Shown here piece by piece: positions 1-8,295 of a DNA stretch of 19,686 nucleotides. Source of the DNA: Octopus sinensis (Eukaryota); assembly GCF_006345805.1 (NCBI RefSeq), contig NW_021824199.1, forward strand, positions 1 through 19,686. The letters are read 5' to 3'. Numbering within the stretch: the stretch's first letter is position 1; the number at the start of each line of letters is the position of its first letter. Both the position numbers and the translations under genes were made by a program. Below the pieces are notes generated by a model, which saw only the letters and a list, made by a program, of their open reading frames with translations, was not told where the DNA came from and did no database searches.

Positions 1-179
1 GAAGGCAAGTGAACTACCAACAAGCAGGTGTATTAGTTCAACGCTCAGAAATAATGGAAAAGTCTTTGACGTTTTGTTTCTTTTGCTTATACACACCCAC
101 ACCCACACACATATGTATGTATGCATGTACAACATGTATTGAGTCCCACTTTGTTCGTATTTTCCATTAGCTGTTGAAG

Positions 180-210
<31 letters not shown>

Positions 211-429
211 CGATATATATACGACTTCAACCACATCTCTAGGCTAATATTGAGATTTATACTGCAATATATGGCGTGCTACTGGGTTAGATATTTCAAA
301 AATAATTATTTCACGTTCTCCCGAATTTTTATAGAATACGTATAACATAGAGAGAATGGGAGAAAGAGAATCGGAGAGAACATTAAATTTTCTTATTTGT
401 ATTTCACAAATGTCCAGAAATTTAATTCA

Positions 430-535
430 GTCTGTTAGTATTATCTAAGATATAATATCCTGTATCGTGTGTATGTGTGTGCGACCGTATATGTTGTGGG
501 TGTGTGTATGATATAAGTATATATGTATGTATATA

Positions 536-584
<49 letters not shown>

Positions 585-690
585 ATTATGTATATATATA
601 TATGTATATATATAACTATATAGATATACATATACTGTATAATCATATATCTATAATATCTATATATAATATAATATAATGTAATATGAG

Positions 691-753
<63 letters not shown>

Positions 754-1240
754 GTGGTGTGTGTTGTGTGTGTATATATATTATCTAATGTATATTGTTT
801 CGAAGTCAGAAGAAAACACGAAAATATTTGAGAGAAGCTCCACAATTTTGTAGTTTGGAAGCGCATTGATAGTAAATAAATACACACACACACACACATA
901 CACACTCTGACATTCATACTTCACAGCTACATGAGCACCCAAACACGCACACATACACATGGAGATAAGGGAAAAGGTCTTAAATACGCACGCACATACC
1001 TTAATTGGTATACACACTCTCACACACACACATATATATACACGTTTATTTATATGGTAAATATATATATATATATATATGTATATTTACACTCGCACAA
1101 ACAGATATATATATATACATAGATAGATAGATAGAGAGAGAGAGAGAGAGGGGGGGGGAGAGAAAGCCATATATATAATGTTATAGCTATATATGCTGGT
1201 GTATATATATATATATATGTATGTATATATATACACATGC
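430..1240. repeat. Compound (TA)n/(CA)n/(TG)n/(GA)n dinucleotide microsatellite field with short unique spacers
   Basis: Directly visible: long (TA)n at ~540-580 and ~697-750, (CA)n ~883-905, (GA)n ~1134-1150. It explains the YI/VC/HT-repeat ORFs listed here. Confidence 0.95.
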
Positions 1241-1737
1241 TAACACTTGTCAAAGGAAGCTGAAATTGCAGCCTGAATGAATTGACTTTAAAAAATGTTT
1301 AATGTCTATTGTCAGAATTAACTGCAAAAACGGATTCCAAATCGTGGTGTCCTTCATGTCACAAGTAATTTTTTTGTCACAAGTAATTTTTTGTATATTC
1401 TTATATGAGTCGCTTTTACTGTTTTTTTCTTATTTATATCGGATAAACAGTAATATTTTTCAAGCTTCCTTCTAAACAACTTATTTAAAGGTGGTATGTG
1501 AGGTTTTGATATATTCAACGACAGAGAGAGGGAGAGAGAGAGAGAGTGAGGAGAGAGAGAGAGTCAGACAGACAGACGGAAAAGAAAAGATATATATGAA
1601 AATAATTTCATCACTCATAGGTGGGTGATAAACAATATTTAAGTTGGAAGTAAACAATATTAAATTCAGCAAAAAAGTGATTTTAAAGTTGAAGTGAGAA
1701 CAATTTATCAGAGGGAGAACAATACTGGCAAGAATAT

Positions 1738-1739
1738 CG

Positions 1740-1771
<32 letters not shown>

Positions 1772-2005
1772 GCCATCACCACACCACATCCCCATCATCA
1801 TCATCACAACTACCACCACCACCACTATCATCATCATCATCATAAGTAGTAGCTGTACAATTGTTGTTGTTGATAACGATGATGATAGTGGGGGTGACGA
1901 GGATGATGGCTGTGGTGGTGATGGTAGATGTGATGATGATGATGAGGATGAGGATGATGTCGGTGGTGGTGTTGATGATGACGATGGTGGTGGTGGTGGT
2001 TGTTG

Positions 2006-2036
<31 letters not shown>

Positions 2037-2203
2037 GGTGATGATGACGATGATAATGAAAGATATTGATGTTCTTGGTATTGTTGGTGAAGTGGATGAT
2101 TACATTGGTATCACATATGATTGTTATCATTGTTGTTGTTGTTATTACTGTTGTTGTTGATGTTGTTATGTTTCTTCTTCTTCTTATTATTATTATTATT
2201 ATT
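1738..2203. repeat. Compound trinucleotide microsatellite: (CAT/CAC)n, then (GAT/GGT)n, then (GTT/CTT/ATT)n
   Basis: Directly visible; source of the poly-H/poly-M/poly-D/poly-V ORFs. Confidence 0.95.
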
Positions 2204-2221
2204 CGGCGTGTTTTCACAGTT

Positions 2222-2719
2222 TTATAATTTACTTCTGCACTTCCTTCCTCTTTTCAGTCTCTTGTGTCTCTGGAGACGTAAACTCGAGTTTGGATACAAA
2301 ACACAAAATATTATTATTATTTTTTTCACTTTCCTGTGGAAGACGTTGTTCTGCTTTCGGTATAATCTAATGTCTCCTCTGTACAGCCGAAAATGTCTGA
2401 CGCCTGTTTTGTTATCCTCCGTGGTTCCTTCTGTGTTATGCGGCGTGGTTCCTGCTGTTGCATCCTGTTTGGTGCCTGTTATGTTATGGTGTGTGCTTCC
2501 TGTTGTGGTATCCTCCGTGTTTCCTTCTGTGTTATCCTGTGTGGTTCCTGATGTGTTATACTCTGTGGTTCCTGCTGTTCTATCCTGTTTGGTGCCTGTT
2601 ATCTTATGGTGTCTGCTTCCTGTTGTGGTATCCTGCTTGATTCCTGTTGTGTTATCCTGTGCGTTGCCCGTATCAATGATGGATTTTGTGGCTCTGGTGT
2701 CGGTCGGAGATTGGGGAAA
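2222..2719 (-). CDS. Candidate exon or pseudo-exon encoding a Thr/Gly/Asp-rich mucin-like octapeptide repeat
   Basis: 166-codon stop-to-stop frame starting right after an acceptor-like TTTGTAG: FPQSPTDTRATKSIIDTG-NAQDNTTG-IKQDTTTG-SRHHKITG-TKQDRTAG-TTEYNTSG-TTQDNTEG-NTEDTTTG-STHHNITG-TKQDATAG-TTPHNTEG-TTEDNKTG-VRHF...RSKL*. It is the only minus frame open across the array. There is no ATG and no clear donor, and a plus-strand frame is also open. Confidence 0.4.
   Translation of the reverse strand, partial: FPQSPTDTRATKSIIDTGNAQDNTTGIKQDTTTGSRHHKITGTKQDRTAGTTEYNTSGTTQDNTEGNTEDTTTGSTHHNITGTKQDATAGTTPHNTEGTTEDNKTGVRHFRLYRGDIRLYRKQNNVFHRKVKKIIIIFCVLYPNSSLRLQRHKRLKRGRKCRSKL
2402..2665. repeat. 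24-bp minisatellite, 11 units, with a 120-bp higher-order duplication
   Basis: Unit ~GTTATCCTGTGTGGTTCCTGCTGT; 264 bp = 11x24; the block starting ~2446 recurs at ~2566. Confidence 0.92.
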
Positions 2720-3110
2720 CTACAAACGACGTGGACAGCTATATATCTTTAGTTGGCAGTTGCGTAGTAAATAAGCTGTATACGCTGTTGGAGTTATAAT
2801 GTCAGCTTTTCGGGTGTTGTCACAGTAAGGAAGATATTCGTCTTGTAATGTTAGATATTAATTCTGTAGCACAATTGGAGAATGAGTAGTATTGGTCAAC
2901 GTAGTGATAATTTTATTGGATATGTTGAGCGTTAATTTACAGTAGCTACTGCGTTGCATACAGAAACCTGTGTGTAGCAGTGTTATCAAAAGGACATTGT
3001 GTTTTCCATACCACGAAATAATTGTTTGGGCATCTTTTTTTACTTTCGATGGTGTATGAGGTCTTGGGCGGTGAATTTTTATCTTTGTGACTGTAATATC
3101 TTTTGCTCGA

Positions 3111-3215
3111 ATCATCATCATCGTTATTATCATCACCATCATCGTCGTCGTTGTCATCATCATCATCCTCCTCCTCCTCATCATCATCGCTGTCGTCGTC
3201 GTCATCATCATCATT
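3111..3215. repeat. Compound (CAT/CGT/CCT)n trinucleotide tract at the 3' tail of the adjacent LINE remnant
   Basis: Directly visible; on the minus strand it follows the LINE 3'UTR immediately as TAATGATGATGATGACGAC... Confidence 0.9.
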
Positions 3216-3400
3216 ATAACGCTGGAGATGTACTACACTGTCAGCTGTTCACTACCAGAGAACTAAGGTAACATCTCTTATTTTTCGAGCACCTTCCGGA
3301 TTATTAGAGCAGTTCGAAGCTGTGCTGTGTTCTGCAGGTGCTCCACCCTTATTGCAGTGCCTATATGTTCCACGTACTTCTCGAGATTTCTGCTCACTGT
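3216..3400 (-). mobile_element. 3' end remnant of an RLE-type (R4/Dong-like) non-LTR retrotransposon
   Basis: Minus frame 3400-3278 reads TVSRNLEKYVEHIGTAIRVEHLQNTAQLRTALIIRKVLEK*, matching the typical C-terminus of such ORFs (LQKxALLGTAxILRKVL). A ~60-nt 3'UTR and a trinucleotide tail follow. Confidence 0.75.
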
Positions 3401-3562
3401 TTAGTTTATGTGTGCAATAAATTATGCTGCAGATGATAGAATCGTATACAAGATATTTTATAAGGATGTCTAATCTCCATATATATACAGGCAATACTTG
3501 CGATGTTCACAAGACTAGAAAACTTTCAGAGAACTGTCACTTCTAAAATGCAGGCAAAATAC

Positions 3563-3615
3563 ACGTAACTACACCAGCGGTTGACAAACGATGTTGAGGG
3601 GACAAACACAGACAG
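3563..3615 (-). mobile_element. 3'-half fragment of the microsatellite-containing tRNA/CORE-like SINE
   Basis: Reverse complement TGTCTGTGTTTGTCCCCTCAACATCGTTTGTCAACCGCTGGTGT aligns with 3941-3995 of the adjacent plus-strand SINE. Confidence 0.7.
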
Positions 3616-3671
3616 AAATACGCACACACACACGCACACATATACATACTCACACACATACACACATATAC

Positions 3672-3732
<61 letters not shown>

Positions 3733-3735
<3 letters not shown>

Positions 3736-4134
3736 CGCAGGAGTGGCTGTGTGGTAAGTAGCTTGCTAACCAACCACATGGTTCCGGGTTCAGTCCCACT
3801 GCGTGGCATCTTGGGCAAGTGTCTTCTGCTATAGCCTCGGGCCGACCAATGCCTTGTGAGTGGATTTGGTAGACGGAAACTGAAAGAAGCCTGTCGTATA
3901 TATGTATATATATGTATATGTGTGTGTGTGTGTGTTTGTGTGTCTGTGTTTGTCCCCCTAGCATTGCTTGACAACCGATGCTGGTGTGTTTGCGTCCCCG
4001 TCACTTAGCGGTTCGGCAAAAGAGACCGATAGAATAAGTACTGGGTTTACAAAGAATAAGTCCCGGGGTCGATTTGCTCGACTAAAAGGCGATGCTCCAG
4101 CATGGCCGCAGTCAAATGACTGAAAGAAGTAAAA

Positions 4135-4152
<18 letters not shown>
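3733..4152 (+). mobile_element. Full-length tRNA-derived SINE with CORE-like segment, internal (TA)/(TG) microsatellite and poly-A tail
   Basis: A-box-like TGGCTGTGTGG, B-box-like GGTTCAGTCC, CORE-like TTGGGCAAGTGTCTT, internal microsatellite ~3897-3940, poly-A 4131-4152; flanked by (TA)n on both sides. Confidence 0.9.
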
Positions 4153-4164
<12 letters not shown>

Positions 4165-4166
<2 letters not shown>

Positions 4167-4328
4167 CGGCGGTCTTCTCTCAGTTTTCGTCCACCAAATT
4201 CTCTCACAAGGCTTTGATCGGCCCGGGATTGTAGAGAAGACAATTGTCCAGGGTGCCATGCAATGGGATAGAACCCAGAACCATTGGTTGGTACGCAAGC
4301 TACTTAGCACACAGCCACTCCACCACCT
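4165..4328 (-). mobile_element. 5' half of an older copy of the same SINE family, inverted
   Basis: Reverse complement AGGTGGTGGAGTGGCTGTGTGCTAAGTAGCTTGCGTACC...GAAGACCGCCGTA is colinear with 3733-3898 and ends at the same point, where the internal microsatellite begins. Confidence 0.88.
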
Positions 4329-4679
4329 TATATATATATATATATATATATATACATTGGTGTGTGTATACTTGAATATACATACACAAACCCACTCGCA
4401 CGAGCACACACATACACACACATACATATACACAATTTATGCATGTGTGTAAGTATATGCTTATGTATGCTTGGTTGTATGCGTATGTACGTGGATGTCT
4501 CTGTGGGCGTGCTTGGCTTTCAGAATGTTATCTGGATTTGAAATATATCAAATACACAAACGAAGCATTAATTATGAGACATGGAAACCATATGACAGGC
4601 AGAGACATACACAAACATGCTCATTCACACATAGATACGTCTACATGTCTATAAGCATATATAAAGCTATACTTGTATA

Positions 4680-4753
4680 TAAACATGTTAATGTATCTCT
4701 CTATATCTATCTATCCACATATACGTGTACATATATATATATATGTATATATA

Positions 4754-4784
<31 letters not shown>

Positions 4785-4791
4785 GATATAT

Positions 4792-4822
<31 letters not shown>

Positions 4823-4900
4823 GATATATATATATATATATATATGATATATATATATATATATATAAATGTTTTTCTCTATAATAAAATATATATATAC
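4680..4900. repeat. Long interrupted (TA)n microsatellite
   Basis: Directly visible. Confidence 0.95.
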
Positions 4901-5383
4901 ACAATATCCGTTGAATAATTTACACAACAAACGAAGACACAGCTCGTTATATTCCAATAATGCTAAAACTAAATCAACAACATTATTCAAAGTCTGCAAT
5001 GAGATAACAAGATTTGATAAGACAAAACTTAGGAGACGTACCGGAAAGTGTTGGCTTTGATCAAAAGAAGTTGATATTTCGGAGATTTGATATCAGTACA
5101 ACGTTACAATCAAAGAATATTGAGAAAGAATTTATGATGTAATTTTCCTGGCTTTCGGAAGAAGTCAGCAAAATGTATGTGGCACAATCTTTCGAAAACA
5201 ATGATACAAACAAGCTGTACAAAAGTTAAATTTACTGAGAACTGATTTTACCATTTTGAACAAATTAGAATTACGTCGTTTTTAACACGAACAAACACAG
5301 GCGGTCTCACGAGTTTATATATATATGTGTATGCGTTTGTGTTTATATAAATATGTAATATGTACACACACACACAGACACAC

Positions 5384-5425
<42 letters not shown>

Positions 5426-5470
5426 TATAAATGCATGTATGTGTATATATATATATATATGTATGTATGT

Positions 5471-5570
5471 CATTATTCAGTTTTAGTTCAAGCTTCCTTG
5501 CCAGTAGAGAAAGAACCGGTTTCTAACCTAGATCCAAGGTTCATTGGAATTTCAACACCAACAACAGGGT
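5471..5570 (+). repeat. Short dispersed repeat fragment; related copy at 14871-14936 on the minus strand
   Basis: AGAGAAAGAACCGGTTTCTAACCTAGATCCAAGG-TTCATTGGAATTTCAACA vs rc(14871-14936) AGAGAAAGAGTCGGTTTTTAACCTAGATTGAAGGCACCTTCATTGGAATTTCAACA. Confidence 0.7.
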
Positions 5571-5599
5571 GTTTTTGTTTGGTTGTTTGCTTTGATATA

Positions 5600-6400
5600 T
5601 GAATGTATGTTTGTATGTATGTATGTATGTATGTATGTATGCATGCATGCACGTATGTGTATGTACAAATTTGTATGTTTTATTTTATGTACGTATTGTC
5701 ATGCATATAGTTGCATATCTATACATGGTCATACATTTAAATGGTAAACTCCGAGAATGTTTCACAGATTTTTACAGTTCCAGTGATGGACTGGATCTGT
5801 AGTCTTCGAACTAGCTATCTCTTTTCTGGATTTGAGAAACGTAATTTCTCGAGATTGGTATTTAGGCAGTGTGTTACATACCCCAGCGCCTCGATAATTA
5901 CAGGTATTAAACTGAACTTCTAATCTGGATAAGCAACTGTAGATTGTTCAATACAATTCAGCGTACGTATTCTCTTTCTCACTGATCTTCAGCTATATGT
6001 TAATATCCGTTGGGCAGCTAATTTCCACAACTGTGCACAGTTTCTCTTCTCTATTCCAAATCATTATATCAGTTCTATTGTGTTTATATTTTATTGAGGA
6101 TTTCAATGGGACATTCTACCAGTTTTCCTTTTTATTATGCATAGCTACGGCTTCGACTATACATGTGGTTTATTATTTCTTTGTCCTCGGAGTTATCCTT
6201 CCGACGGATTTCAATATAAAGTATCCTAGTTGCAAAATTATATTTCATCGGTAGATTATACCGTGATGATATTTTCAGACAACTGCTTATGACGTGGATG
6301 ATATCTTCGGTGGCAACTCCATAGAGTTTGCATCGGTTGTCACATTTTAATGATTTTCCAGCATCTATAACCCCTGTCTTCGTCTTTTTTTATTTGTAAA
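5600..6400 (-). mobile_element. 5'-truncated, decayed RLE-type non-LTR retrotransposon (zinc knuckle + PD-(D/E)xK endonuclease) with (CATA)n tail
   Basis: Minus-strand translation with stops and frameshifts: DAGKSLKCDNRCKLYGVATEDIIHVISSCLKISSRY (degenerate CCHC), KHNRTDIMIWNREEKLCTVVEISCP, KISEKENTYAEL, IPVIIEALGYVTHCL, TGTVKICETFSEFTI* (stop 5737-5739), then a 3'UTR and (CATA)n at ~5603-5645. Confidence 0.85.
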
Positions 6401-6407
6401 TTCCAAC

Positions 6408-6408
6408 T

Positions 6409-6441
<33 letters not shown>

Positions 6442-6574
6442 AAAAGAGACACATATATATGTGTGTGTGTAGTTGGAATTTACCCCCCCAAAAAAACAAA
6501 TATAGATATATACATATATATACATACTACATACATACATATATATATATATATAGATAGATAGATGCATACAC

Positions 6575-6607
<33 letters not shown>

Positions 6608-6810
6608 AGTATATGCAAACGCGTATATACAAACACATATATATATATATATATATATATAAACATATATACATATAAACGCACATACATACATACACAC
6701 AAACATACATACATACACACATACATACATACATACATACATACATACATACATACATACATACATACATGCAGGCACACATAGATACATGTATATTCGT
6801 ATGTATATAA
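6408..6810. repeat. Compound (CA)n/(TA)n/(CATA)n microsatellite
   Basis: Directly visible; pure (CATA)n run at ~6720-6770. Confidence 0.95.
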
Positions 6811-7497
6811 ATCGGCAGGAATTTTAAAGTGAAGCATTAGCTCTGAGCGTTTTGTAGTGGCACTTACCACCAAACCGCTCTATGTGCATCGATGTTAATG
6901 ACTTGTTTTATGATATCGCTTTGAACGAAAACTAATCAGTTATAATGGATCTAACTATATCATTAGTTTAATGCAAAAAAAAATTCAAACAAATCACGAA
7001 AAAGATCCGTTTTATGCCTCGGTCTCATCCATAGTTTAGTTCACTTAAAAATCTATTTCCTCATTAAAAAATCCCTGAGGTGTTTGTAAGATTGTCCCTA
7101 GCACCATAAAGCAATTATTCACACACATAACGTGGTTTTGAGATGCTTGTTAGTATTTCATCGTGTCAGTGGTGTAATATTTTCTGAATTTATTAAAATT
7201 TAGAAAGTAGAATAAAAAGTTAATCCAGTAATATTTCTTAAATCCTTGTTTTATGTACAAATGTGTAAATCTTAAGATATTAAACTAATGACAATCAACA
7301 GAGCAGAAAGATCCTTGTTTGGTAAACTCTAGGACATTCGTTCTTCATCCATCCCTTCATTCATCCATCTTCACTGACTAATACTCCAGGGGGGCGGCTT
7401 GAGTGGTAAAGTCCTTAGACCACACCCACTAGACTCAGAGGCAACCGTTATTACATTTTGCTGCAAGATTCCCAGGTACTTATTTAGTAGACACCGA

Positions 7498-7660
7498 AAA
7501 TAGGTATTTCGTCTGTCTTTACATTCTGAGTTCAAATTCCGCTGAAGTCGACTTTGCCTTTTATCCTTTCGTGATCGATTGAATAAGTACCAGTTACGCA
7601 TTGGAGTCGAAGTAATCGACTTAATCCCTTTGTCTGTCCTTGTTTGTCAACTCTATATTT
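7498..7660 (+). mobile_element. tRNA-derived SINE (family 2), copy A, lacking the A-box head
   Basis: GGTATTTCGTCTG...TTCTGAGTTCAAATTCC (B-box-like)...ATAAGTACCAG...TAATCGACTTAATCC; antiparallel to copies at 7720-8153. Confidence 0.88.
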
Positions 7661-7664
7661 AGCG

Positions 7665-7941
7665 AAGTCGAATTCAGCGGAATTTGAACTCAGAATGTAA
7701 AGACAGACGAAATACCTATTTCTTTACTACCCACAAGGGGCTAAGCACAGAGAGAGAGGACAAACAAGGACAGACAAAGGGATTAAGTCGATTACATCAA
7801 CCCCAGTGCGTAACTGGTACTTATTTAATCGACTCCGAAAGGATGAAAAGCAAAGTCGACCTCGGCGGAATTTGAACTCAGAACGTAGCGGCAGACGAAA
7901 TACCTCTAAGCATTTCGCCCGACGTGCTAACGATTCTACCA
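7665..7941 (-). mobile_element. tRNA-derived SINE family 2, copy B, plus a tandem partial repeat (7665-7721)
   Basis: Reverse complement starts TGGTAGAATCGTTAGC (A-box-like), has a GTTCAAATTCC B-box, ends AAAGAAATAGGT, then re-enters at ATTTCGTCTG. Confidence 0.9.
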
Positions 7942-7942
7942 T

Positions 7943-8153
7943 ATACCTATTTCTTTACTAACCACAAGGAGCTAAACACAGGGGACAAACAAGGACAGAC
8001 AAACGGATTAAGTCGATTATATCGATCCCAGTGCGTAGCTGGTACTTAATTTATCGACCCCGAAAGGATGAAAGGCAAAGTCGACCTCGGCGGAATTTGA
8101 ACTCAGAACGCATTTCGCCCGTCGAGCTAACGATTCTGCCAGCTTTCCGCCTT
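7943..8153 (-). mobile_element. tRNA-derived SINE family 2, copy C, head-to-tail with copy B, ~25-bp internal deletion
   Basis: Reverse complement AAGGCGGAAAGCTGGCAGAATCGTTAGC...AAATGC|GTTCTGAG; lacks TTAGAGGTATTTCGTCTGCCGCTAC present in copy B. Confidence 0.9.
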
Positions 8154-8295
8154 GCCTACAATAATCATTGCCTTATACTCTATCTATATTAGATATTTCT
8201 ATATTAAATATTACGTGTATTTCTGTACGAGATAATTTTATAATAAACATAAGTGGTATTTTATAATTGCAAAATGCTTCATTAACTTTGTGTTG

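Noticed and set aside
1316-1364. Possible 49-nt plus-strand micro-exon (TTGTCAG acceptor, GTAATT donor; one frame reads WCPSCHK), next to an ~18-bp tandem duplication at 1357-1392
   Set aside because: Splice-like motifs this weak are common by chance, and there is no partner exon or recognisable domain.
2402-2665. CRISPR-like array
   Set aside because: Contiguous degenerate units with no unique spacers, in a eukaryotic context with no cas genes.
2958-3260. Acidic minus-strand frame (RYNDDDD...SSKRYYSHK...)
   Set aside because: Its start is the 3'UTR and tail of the LINE remnant at 3216-3400; the acidic run is a microsatellite.
7498-8153. Retrozyme (hammerhead-containing tandem retroelement) explanation for the SINE multimers
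   Set aside because: No CTGANGA...GAAA core in the repeat unit.
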